Shown here piece after piece: positions 1 to 9,672 of a DNA stretch of 20,000 nt. Numbering within the stretch: the first letter of the stretch is position 1; each line of letters begins with the position of its first letter. A program made the position numbers and the translations under genes. Origin of the DNA: Chiloscyllium plagiosum (taxonomy: Eukaryota); contig NC_057711.1 in the NCBI RefSeq assembly GCF_004010195.1, positions 71,572,588 to 71,592,587 on the forward strand, in the 5' to 3' direction. The notes beneath the pieces were generated by a model, which was given only the letters and a program-made list of their open reading frames with translations, did not search any database and had not been told where the DNA came from.

Positions 1-60
1 GAGTTTAACATAGAAATTGTGAGATCATGCACTTAAGTCGGAAGAATCAAAAGGTAGACA
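1..60 (+). mobile_element. CR1 LINE ORF2 fragment (post-RT region), degenerate
   Basis: Degenerate translation resembles the CR1 motif 'EFN..KCEVMHFGRKN.K.DY'. Probably the upstream part of the CR1 resuming at 811. Confidence 0.55.
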
Positions 61-155
61 GAGAATGTAACAAGTTAATCTAAAAGAAAGGGAAGAAATG
101 GAAGTGTGTTCACAATTTGAGACCAGAAGGCTGTGAAGTGGCTAGTCTGAAGATG

Positions 156-291
156 TGATTTGGAGATGCTGGTGTTGAACTGAGGTGACAAAGTTAAAAA
201 TCACACACCAGGTTATAGTCCAACCGGTTTAATTGGAAGCACTAGCTTTCAGAGCGCTGCTCCTTCACCAGGTGGTTATGGAGTATAAGAT
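156..291 (-). mobile_element. Short PLE-tail-derived insertion flanked by an 11-bp target-site duplication
   Basis: GTCTGAAGATG occurs at 145-155 and 292-302 around a 136-bp insert that breaks the GIY-YIG frame. The insert carries a hammerhead-like core on the minus strand. Confidence 0.75.
240..274 (-). ncRNA. Minimal hammerhead ribozyme motif (core A6->G variant)
   Basis: Minus strand: CAC-CUGGUGA-A-GGAGC-AGC-GCUCU-GAA-AGCU-A-GUG. Stem I CAC/GUG, stem II GGAGC/GCUCU, palindromic AGCU stem III, CUA triplet. Confidence 0.65.
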
Positions 292-535
292 GTCTGAAGA
301 TGAGATGATGTTCCTCCAGTTTGTGCTGTGATTCACTGGAGCACTGCCGTATGTCAAGGACAAACAAGTGGGCATGTGTGCAGGATTCTTTGTTAAAATG
401 ACTGGCTATGAGAAGGTTGGGATCCTGCCTGTGCATGGATTGGAGGCGTTCTGCAAAGCGGTCACCCAGTCTGTGTTTGGTATCTCCAATGTAGAGTAGG
501 CCACATCGGGTGCAGTGATTACAATACACAAGATA

Positions 536-810
536 CCCATTTCTTCTCTTTCAAGTCTGGAAGTTAGCCACACAATTGTTCTTCCATTCTCATATCCCGG
601 TCACTTAATCTGAACTATCAACAGCTATTGTCCACCAGCACCCTATACCCTGCCAACCCCAGAACCATCGATAGCATAAATGCTGCTCCATCCGCACTTC
701 ACTTCAGTTCTGATGAAGAGTCATCTAGATGAGAAACAATAGTTTGTTCTCTTTCTCTCTATGGATGTTGCCTGACCCACTGTAATCTCCAGCAATTGTT
801 ATTTTCAGTC
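536..810 (+). mobile_element. PLE 3' tail/pseudo-LTR, inverted relative to the adjacent GIY-YIG fragment
   Basis: C-rich tract, then CTGATGA..GAAAC, then the tail GGATGTTGCCTGACCCACTG..TCTCCAGCA, similar to the tails at 6143-6227 and 13570-13627. Confidence 0.65.
706..742 (+). ncRNA. Degenerate minimal hammerhead ribozyme motif
   Basis: Perfect core boxes CTGATGA (710-716) and GAAAC (733-737) with a 16-nt spacer. Stems II and III are eroded. Confidence 0.5.
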
Positions 811-1154
811 TGGAGTTCTGTACACCATTTTGATTGCCTTTTTTTTAAAGAACGATACATTTGTATTGAAGATAGTTCAAAGAAATTCACTAGTTGATTC
901 CTGAGGATGTGGGAGTTGTATCAGGAAATGTTAAACAGGCTAGGTCTTTGTTCAATAGAATTTAAAGAATGAAGGATGATCTTATTGAAACATACAAGAT
1001 TCAGAAAGGGTTTGATAGGGTAGATTTTGAGATGTTTCTACTAATAGGGGAGACTTGAATTAAGGGCAAATGTTACAGAATATGGGAACACTCATTTAAA
1101 ACTGAGATTTTGAAGGAAATTCTTTTCTTGGAGGGTGTGACTGTCTAGAATTCT
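811..1154 (+). mobile_element. CR1 LINE ORF2 C-terminal fragment, frameshifted
   Basis: Degenerate translation LEFC..F..P....VQR.FT.LIP....LNRLGL.S.EF..M.DDLIETYKI.KGFDRVD matches the CR1 ORF at 11659..12051(-). Confidence 0.8.
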
Positions 1155-1403
1155 CCACCTTTAAGTTCTCTTCCAAGCCACTCACAATCTTGACTTGCAA
1201 ACATATCACTAGTTTCTTCAATGTCGCTGGGTCAAAACTGTGGAATCTCTCCCTCACAGCATTGAGGGTGCACCTACAGTACACAGACTGCACCAATCGA
1301 GGAAGGCAGCTCATCACCACCTTCTCAAGGGCATTTAGGGATGAGCAATAAATGCAGGCCAAGCCAGTGATACCCATATCCCATGAATGGATAAAAAAAA
1401 AAA
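1155..1403 (+). mobile_element. 3' end of a different non-LTR retrotransposon (CR1/L2-like) with A-tail, nested in the CR1
   Basis: Interrupts the CR1. Has a 'WNSLP'-like ORF end, AATAAA at ~1348 and an A11 run at 1393-1403; the host CR1 resumes straight after. Confidence 0.65.
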
Positions 1404-1574
1404 TTAAAGAAGAGGTAGATAGATTTTTGCGATATCGAGGAGTTGACAGCTTGCTGAGTTGACATAAAAGAGGAGTTGAGGCATGGGACAAATCAGCCAT
1501 GATCTTGTTGAATGGTAGAACAGTCATGAGGGGCCGAATGGCCTATTAGTGCTTATATTTCCTATGTCCTTATG
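1404..1574 (+). mobile_element. CR1 LINE 3' end
   Basis: 'K.EVDRFL' ORF end, the 3'UTR motif GATCTTGTTGAATGG..GAGGGGCCGAATGGCCTA, and a CTATGTCCTTATG-type terminal repeat. Confidence 0.75.
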
Positions 1575-1634
1575 CTCAGTTTCTGCAGCACTTTTTGTTT
1601 TTTAACGTCAGATTTCTGGGATTGGCAGTATTTG
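1575..1634 (+). repeat. Possible PLE terminal-tail remnant
   Basis: CTCAGTTTCTGCAGCACTTTTTGTTTTT..CAGATTTC..GCAGTATTT resembles the PLE tails at 780-810 and 6160-6227. Confidence 0.35.
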
Positions 1635-2042
1635 TAAGATCGAAGGAAGCTTTATTTCCCCCAGAAAACTAGGCCGAGAAATATAGTTTAGACTTCATTT
1701 GGGGAATTACCAAATTTCTGAGCCAGTTACTCAATGGCAAAGTTAACAGCAACACATTTGAATGATTCTTCAGGTACCAGCTTTAAAAAAATCTGTTGAA
1801 AAAGAAAAATTGCAATATCAGAGACAGAACAGCAAAGTTTTCAAAGTCTTTGTTATTTCATGGGATGAAAGGAACATTTTATAACAGGTTTTTTTCTCAG
1901 TTTTGTGAATTAAAATGCATAAAATTCGAGAAAGATAAAGAGTATAAATCGATCAGGTACTGTTAGATTAGATGCATTGGATATCTGATCATGCAATTAT
2001 GGAAACTTACAACAAGAATTCATTGGAGACAGAATTGTCAGT

Positions 2043-2198
2043 CTGGATGGGTATATGAATAGGAAGGGTTTAGAGGGTTAAGGGGCAGGTGCTGGCAAAT
2101 GGGACTAGATTAGGTTAGAATAACCGGTTGGCATGGACGAGTTAGACTGAAGTGTCTGTTTCCATACTGCATCTCTATGACTCTATGACTATGACTCT
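2043..2198 (+). mobile_element. CR1 LINE 3' end (5'-truncated)
   Basis: Near reverse complement of 11462-11615, ending in CTATGACT-type tandem repeats. Confidence 0.85.
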
Positions 2199-4631
2199 TT
2201 TAAATAAGTCAGTTACTAGACATGTTCAATGTGAATGCAATAAACAATGGGATGAATGATATCATGTCAACCATCTTTGATACTGTCGATAAAACTGTTA
2301 AATATTATTGAGCGAAGTCATTTAAGGAAGTTTCTGCCTACTGATGTTTAGGAAATCATTCTGTCCATCTTGGAAAATAAGTATTTTAACTCTTTTCTTT
2401 AAAGACACTTCTTTGGTAAAGGAAAATCAAACTTTACGTCAATGACAGTCTTTAAAACAACAGAAACTTCAATAGCTTTCAATTTTAGTATTATAACTAC
2501 CTTTACAATGGCAAAGGTTCAATAATAACTTTAATCAACAAAGAAGCCAATAAAGTAAGCATAGTACCAGGGAAACAAACACCTTAATAACATTCTTCCA
2601 AGTCAAGAAAATAATGAACAGCTACAAACACCTATTGGCAATCAAACAATGCAACAAAATGTGCCTACCAGTCTGTCTATCAGAAAAACAGTAAACTTTC
2701 AGATTAATTCCATAGATCAAAAAATAGGCAACTATAGAAAGCACAGTTGCAAAGATTCCACACTGCTTCTGGATTGGACATCAAAACAAATTCAGAAAAA
2801 TAAGTTTCTTTACTATGTGGGATTACATCAGATCATGTGTTACACAGACAAGTCAATGAGAAATAAATTGCATTTGACAATCTCCCAACAGCTTTTGATC
2901 ATTATTGCACTTCTAAAACAACACTGGAACAGGTGAAATCATGCTTTCACAGTAGATAACAACTTCCTGGAAAGTGTACATAGTTTCATTGATGGCCTGT
3001 GTGTACTATCTGAACATTTCTAGTGGTCTCTTAGGTAAATCCATTACTGAACTTGTTCAATCAAAAGAATTTCTAACTCTAGGACAACCAGTTCAAACTG
3101 CAGAGAGTAGATTCTAGAAAAATGCTCAAAAAGCATTGTACGGAAAAGCTTTCATTTAATTCATAAAATTTGACAGAGTGTGTTGATTACTCAAAGCACA
3201 ATAAACCATCTGGCCAGAGGATAAAAACCTCTCCTTTAAACACTATATTGCAAATGACAACATCAACACTGAATCTTCCAATGGACATTAAATGTGCGCA
3301 TTAATGCCTTTACTAAGACTTTAAGGACGCTCCATTTCATTTTCATTCTCACTTGGTGGAAGGCTGCTCAGTACCCAAATGATAATTTCTTGTCACAAGA
3401 TCTTCCAAAGGGGCATTTTTTAATAAAGATTTATTCAAATCAATTAAACGTGAACAACAATTTTTCACAAATGGCATTAATCTTCCTAGCTTTGTCCTTT
3501 TCTCTCATTGTTTTGCTTGTCACTATAAGTGGACTTGCTTATAACAAGATTCTCACTTCTAATATAAAGCGTTAACATAATTTTTATTATCATATGTCTG
3601 GGTAGATGGATTCCATTAATAAAAAGGAAATGTTTACTATTGGGTCTGGTTACAAAGGTATTATATACACTTACAGAGTAATGAGAAAATCTTTGTTTTC
3701 CATAAAATGCACCATACTTCCTGACATTTATTTCTAATGTGTTCATATTTCAATTTAAACATAAACTAGCAAATTAATTTTGTTTTACTTGAAATATTGT
3801 TCATAACATAACAGATATGTTTTGGAATTATATGTCATCATTTTCTTGAACGGTACCTTTTTTAATTACATTACAGCCCAATGTCTTTGCTTACTGCATC
3901 ATTTTGATTGGAATTGCTCAATACTGTTTCAGACAGTCTTTAAAAAAATCCTGCTGCTTAATATTAGTTATCCTGCTGTCTATAGTTAGTGGGATTTCCT
4001 ATTAAATGTCTTCTGCTTTTATTAAACAAAAGTCATGAAAATCTTTTTGGGTTTGCACAAGATTTAAATGACCATAAATCAGAAATCTTCATCCAAACAT
4101 TGTTGAACTATGGCAATTACATATTCTATACAAAGAATAATCAAACTGATTCAAAATGGGAATCAGTATATGCTGTTATTAGCTCACTGGAATACAATAA
4201 CCTATTAAATATGATTAGCTTTGTAATAGATCATCTGTAAACCAGTTTGGGACACAGCAGAATCTTGCTGAACTGCTTCCATTTCACAAAGCATGCACTG
4301 AGATTTTATTGGTGGACATATCAGACATGTTATTAGCCCAGAAGTTCAGTATCCTTTTCATTTGGTGATATTATCAGTCTTCCACAGTCCACTGCAGCTA
4401 AAAATTGGAATGAAGTGATTTTGATCATTAGATTTCTGCCTCTCCTTCACTGAATCTGTATTTCAGATGGGGTGTTCGGAGTGATCAGAGACAAGTAACA
4501 CTACTACACCTTCTTCTCGAGCAACAATACCTCAGGGCTAAACCTAACTATGGGAAACATAATCACAATTAATACTGGGTCATAAGCCTAATGCTATCTT
4601 ATAAGAGACCCTAAATTCTTTTATAAACAAC

Positions 4632-4777
4632 CTGAATCTGCACCTTAAGCTCAATAGCTATGGGCCATATGCTGGAAGGTGGGATTAGAAATGGTATCTG
4701 GGAGTCTTTGGGTCAGTATGAATAAGATGGGCGGAATGCTCCACCCAAACTCTATAATTTCTATGGTTCTATAATTC
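4632..4777 (+). mobile_element. Old CR1 LINE 3' end
   Basis: GCTATGGGCCATATGCTGGAAGGTGGGATTAG...GATGGGCGGAATG and a TTCTATGGTTCTAT tail, as in the other CR1 3' ends. Confidence 0.6.
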
Positions 4778-6102
4778 CAGTCATGTAGTAACCATTGCTT
4801 TGTAAAACCAGGCTGATCAATGAGGGATAACACTTTCACCAAATTCTGACATTCACCAAAGTAAGTCATATCAATTTTTCGATAGAACAGCAATTGTTTG
4901 CTCCAATATATTGCCAGATTTGCAGAAGGAGTGTCCCAGTGGGACAGGCCCTAGCGTGAGTGTCCCATTCCAAAATGTGAATAATCCTGTTTCCTGTTTT
5001 GGAATGGGTTTATGGTGTGGACAGACTAACAATTCTACCATATCTTTTACAGTTTAAGATTCATGAAATTTTCAAGACTATTGTATTTAATTTTTCTTTT
5101 AAATTGACCTCTTGTCCTAGGGGTTTATGTGAATGAGATGGTCAGTAATGTCTGAGGCAGGAAAGTGCACAGCACAAAGGGAGTCAATGCATTCACCAGG
5201 GATTGTGTCCTGTACAGTGCATCATTCTGTGTGTCACCTTGTCTCTTTTTAAAGGGCCTCCATCAATGGGTCCTGCAGACTCTGCCCTCATAGGCTGAGT
5301 CAACTACCCACTCATTCTGATTGTGGCCACTGCCACTTTCTGTTCTGATGTGTTCTTTTGATTTCTAGCGTGATGAAAGATGAAAGAGAATGCTTTTCAG
5401 CCAGTGGCTTCCAGACTCTGGACATCCAGACCCTTCCACAAGTTCCAATCCAATCTATCAACATGAGCCTTCATTTACCTACCTTTTGCCCCCAGCCCTT
5501 GGCATATGAAGTGGCCATGCCAATGTGGTCATACACCGTCTACCACTTAAAGCCACAGTTCTCCTAACTGTGGATGAACCCACATCCTAGATGATGCTTT
5601 TTCCCTCTGTACTTTACCGCATACTGCCCCTTATACTTATTGTCGCCCCCTTTCTCAATTCTCATTCCCACTTACACCTAGCCTGTAGCCCTCATTCCCA
5701 ATCATTCGGTTCCTGGCACTTGTTCCATTGGCCGTGACCCCTCTTGTTCCTCTACAACTCCCTTTACTCTTAGTTTCCATGAAGACATCTGATGGGCTGA
5801 TCATTTCCTTGAGTGGTTTAAACAGTCTTGAATTGATGTACCCAGATCCTTAACTGATGTCTGTCCATCTCCCCCAGTGAGTAAGCAACCAGCCCCTATG
5901 GAGCCAAAGAGCTAACTACAATCCCTTCTCCCCAGACTACAGAGATACAGACCCACGGACCATGAACCACTCTGACTGTACCCCTGACAGTGTCCAAACC
6001 TCTGGAAAGGTATCTGCCCTTGAATTACTATGCCAGGACTCCCTGACTGATGAGTGCCTCCATGGACTTTAGTGAAGACTACTCCTCTAAGATTTTGAGA
6101 CA

Positions 6103-6228
6103 ATGAGGGGCTTTTGCCCGAAACATCAACTCTCCTGCTCCTGGGATGCTGTCTGACCTGCTGTGCTTTTTCCAGCTCCACAACTTTTGACTCTGACTCT
6201 CCAGCATCTGCAGTCTTCATTTTCTCCT
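6103..6228 (+). mobile_element. Solo PLE 3' tail with a 5'-clipped hammerhead motif
   Basis: ATGA-G-GGGC-TTTT-GCCC-GAAACATC, then CTGCTCCTGGGATGCTGTCTGACCTGCTGTGC; highly similar to 13540-13620. Confidence 0.8.
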
Positions 6229-6849
6229 GCTTGCTGCACATGCAGTGTGAATGTAATATGATGTTGCTGTCACGTTATGAGATTGATATAGCACAATATC
6301 AAACAGCGAGATTGACTTAGTACGGTTAAGCAGCAAGGCACACTGCCTGGTTGTGTGAATATGCTAAATGGCATGGCATGGTAAGATCATACAAGGCAAG
6401 GTATGGATTCTGCAAGCATGCAGGTAGGCACTAAGTGAGTGAATGCTATGAGAAAAAGAGATCTACCTTAATCCAGTCAGTAAACTGGGTGGCTGTCTGT
6501 ACACACAAAGTGCCCCTGCAACAACCTTTCAATATCAGTGCTTCCCGAACATCCTGCGATTGGATCAGTGTATGCCAATATGGCCATGAGGGCTTGGCTA
6601 ATGCTCAATGCCAACATCCGAGGATGATGGGTATGTACGTCTCTTGCCTGTAGATCATACCTTGTGATGCTGTCCACTGTGAGCAACATGGAGGCTGTTC
6701 AGCCAGCAGTGAGTTGAAGCTTCCAGGTACCTACTCTGAGTTCCACAGTCGACATTTCTCTATCTCTAGCTTGTTTAGCACATTTTTAATGATAGGAATG
6801 AAGGAACAGAGAGATTGGAGTGTGGTTTATTCTGGCATGCTGAAGTAGC

Positions 6850-8787
6850 CTTGCAAGGATTCAGTGGTGGAATGAGAACAGTATTTGGTGGCTGAACAAA
6901 GCTGCTAATTGGTGAGTAGGGTTGGACAATGCTTCTAGTCTTTAATATATATGCAAATCCTTTTCTCTCTTTTTGCTTAAAAATAACATGTTTAATGCAA
7001 AATTGATGCTAATACATTAAAAAAGGAAAAAAAAATACAATAAAGTGTTCACAATGTGGATTCTTCAAGTGTAAAAAGGAAGGATACAGGAGTCATTTAA
7101 TTAATAACATACATAAAAAATATGATAGAGATGGCAGGTGGGTGACGTATTGCAGATGCAGCATCTGGGAGCTGCTGGATACCAAGGTGATCCATAGTGA
7201 ACAAACTACAGCAACTGTTTGTAGCTCAATCAGTCTGTAATGAGAGTCATAGAGAGTTGAGGAGCTGGAGTCCAATTTGCAGGCATTGCACTGCGTCAAA
7301 GAGAGACAAATTCACTTGAATATTCAAGCTTGGTCTGTGATCAAGGATAAGATTGTAGGTGAGACAGCTATGGGGACCCAAGATGGAACTATTGTCTAAT
7401 AGTTATAAGGTTCTTGCAAGCTACATGGATGAGAATGAGGACTGCATGGGGAATGAACAAACTGGACTTTGGAACCAGGGAGGAGGGGAAGCCATTCAAG
7501 TGTGGGGAAAAAAACATGAATGTAGTAGTGGTAGGCAGCAGTATGATTGGTGGACAGATATTATTGAGCATGCATCCCAAAGGCCATGATCCCTGCCTCG
7601 TGCCAAGGTTATACCCTCATAGCTGGAGTGGATCATGGAGAGGCGGGGGAGCGATCCTGTTGTTATCACCCACATTGTTATGAACATCATCAATAGGGCT
7701 AGAAAGAAGGTAGTGCTAAAGAATATATTGTTATCAGCTAAGTTAAAAAGAAAACATCCACGGTAGTAATCCTAGGATTACTAACTGAGCCAAGAGCAAA
7801 TTATCAAAGGGTAAATAAAGTCAAGTGGTTAAAGGCATGGTCTAAGGATTGAAAATGATTGAAAAGAAAATGGGTTTTATTTCATAGGTCACTGATGCCA
7901 GTTCTAGAGCAGAAGGGATCTGTTCTGATGGGATGCACTTTGCTTGAACCAGTATGATAGTAGATCAAATAAATAGGTCTATTAACAGAGCTTAAAGCTA
8001 ATTAAAAAAAAGGAGTGTTCTGGAGAAGGATATGTAGGCTTACGAAGGAAAAGAATATGGCAGCATTACAGGACAGCTATTTTGATAATAATATGCAGAT
8101 TGGGACAGAAAGACACAGTATGTACAAGCATAACAGAACAACAGCTACTGTAATCAAAGTGGGGAAAAATGGTAAAAAGGTAAAATTAACAGCTCTTTAA
8201 TTAAATGCATACATTATTCAGAACAAAGTAAATGAGTGAATGGCACAAACAAAAGCTCGTGGGTATGATCTTGTATCCATTATGGAGCTAGGGGCGGCAC
8301 AGTGGCTCAGTAGTTAGCACTGCTGCCTCACAACACCAGGGACCTGGTTCAATTCCTGCCTTGGGTGACTGTCTGCGTAGAGTTTGCACATTCTCCCCGT
8401 GTCTGTGTGAGTTTCCTCCCACAATCAAAAGAAGTGCAGATCATGTGAATTGGCCGTGCTAAATTGCCCATAGTGTTAGGTGTATTAGCCAGGGGTAAAT
8501 ATAGGGTAGGGGAATGGGTCTGGGCAGAATGCTCTTCCAAGGGTCAGTGTGGACTTGTTGGGTTGAAGGGCCTGTTTCCATACTGTAGGGCTTCTTCTAA
8601 TTGAATAAGATTACAAGGAGATTAAAGTTAGGAACCAAATATTCAGGGCTACGTAACATTTTGAAAGGACAGGCCAGAAGAGAAAGGTTGTGGGTTAGTT
8701 CTGTTCATTAGCGATAGATTAGGTGCAATAGCAAGAAATTATTTCGGGATTGGAAGGTGTATAATCTATATGGGTGGAGGTAAGAAA
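6850..8787 (+). mobile_element. 5' portion of an old CR1 LINE: 5'UTR, ORF1 (Cys-rich plus SGNH esterase-like) and start of the ORF2 endonuclease; interrupted by a SINE
   Basis: ATG at 7131, then C..C.IWEL, a coiled coil (RVEELESNLQAL), 'VVVVGSSMI' (GDS-like) and 'DPVVITHIV.NII'. From ~8170: LNA..IQNKVNE..GYDLVSI.E and NIQGYVTF.KDR..GCG (APE endonuclease). Many stops and frameshifts. Confidence 0.75.
8291..8600 (+). mobile_element. tRNA-derived V-SINE (HE1-like)
   Basis: Pol III A box TGGCTCAGTAG (8303), B box GGTTCAATTCC (8346), V-domain GAGTTTGCACATTCTCCCCGTGTCTG, and a CR1-like 3' tail. Confidence 0.9.
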
Positions 8788-8819
8788 GTCACAACCTTTT
8801 ACTGCACCAGCCTATTCAA

Positions 8820-9672
8820 AGAACAAAGAACAAAAAGCAATACAAAAACAGACCCTTCGGCCCTTCAAGTCTGCACTGACACATTTTGCCCTTCCATACT
8901 AAAACTTTCTGCACTTGCAGGATCCATATCTCTCTACTTGGCAGCATGGTGGCTCAGTGGTTTGCACTGCTGCCTCACAGTGCCAGGGCCCCAGGTTTGA
9001 TGCCAGTCTCAGGTGGAGTTTGCACATTCTCCCTGTGTCTGCGTGAATTTCCTCCGGGTACTCCGGTTTCTTCTCAGACTCCAAAGATGTGTAGGTTAGC
9101 TGAATTGGCCATGCTAAATTGCCCAAAGCATTCAGTGATGTGTCGGTTAAGTACATTAGTCGGGAGTAAATGTGCAGTAATAAGGTAGGAGAATTCGTTG
9201 GGGTGGGGTGCTCTTTTGATGGTCGAAGTAGACCAAATGGCCTGTTTCCACACTGCAGGGATTCTATTCTATTCCATTTCCTTCCTATTCATGTATTTGT
9301 CCAGGGGTTTCTTGAATGCTACTATTATGTCTGCTTCCACCAGCTCCTCTGGCAATGTGTTTCAGGTCCTCACCATCCTTTGTGTGAAAAATGTATCTTG
9401 CACATCTCTTTTAAGCATTTCATCCCCACACCCCCACTCCACCCCACACATTGAATTTGCATCCCCTCGTAGTTGACCCCTCCATCCTGTGAAAAATGCT
9501 CATACTTTCCACTCTACTCATGCCATTCACAATCTTATAAATGTCTGTCAGGACACCCCTCAACCGCCTGCATTGAAAACAAATCCAGGCTATCCAACCT
9601 TTCCTCGCAGCTAAAATTTCTCATACCAGGCAACATCCTGGTAAACCTTTTATGTACCCTCTCCAAAGCAAT
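8820..9672 (-). mobile_element. CR1 LINE 3' part, interrupted by the SINE at 8940-9274
   Basis: GAACAAAGAACAAA terminal repeat and ACAGACCCTTCGGCCC; the ORF2 C-terminus is co-linear with 11462-11960. Confidence 0.8.
8940..9274 (+). mobile_element. tRNA-derived V-SINE (HE1-like)
   Basis: A box TGGCTCAGTGG, V-domain GGAGTTTGCACATTCTCCCTGTGTCTGCGTG, and tail GGCCTGTTTCCACACTGCAGGGATTCTATTCTATTC. Confidence 0.9.

Larger units (their letters stand above)
61..535 (-). mobile_element. Penelope-like element remnant (GIY-YIG endonuclease C-terminus), interrupted at 156-291
   Basis: ORF 242..529(-) reads YCNHCTRCGLLYIGDTKHRLGDRFAE...ASHFN...KLEEHHLIFR, clearly homologous to the GIY-YIG domain of the PLE at 12302-13177. 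Confidence 0.85.

Noticed and set aside
2174..2198. Short tandem repeats (also 11462-11485, 18446-18478, 19797-19812, and (GA)n near 17025)
   Set aside because: LINE 3' terminal microsatellites or simple repeats; no repeat-spacer structure, so not CRISPR.
2399..2449. Minus-strand terminal-exon-like TVIDVKFDFPLPKKCL*
   Set aside because: Too short and unsupported by a linked upstream exon or any recognised homology.
2649..4240. AT-rich 80-95 aa ORFs and scattered splice-like sites (e.g. GTAAGT at ~3674, minus)
   Set aside because: No recognisable domain, weak acceptors and no consistent phase chain.
6047..6080. CTGATGA upstream of the 6103 element
   Set aside because: No stem II followed by GAAA at suitable spacing; chance heptamer.
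8291..8365. tRNA-like A/B boxes (also at 8940 and 15161)
   Set aside because: These are SINE heads continuing into the V-domain and LINE tail, not tRNA genes.
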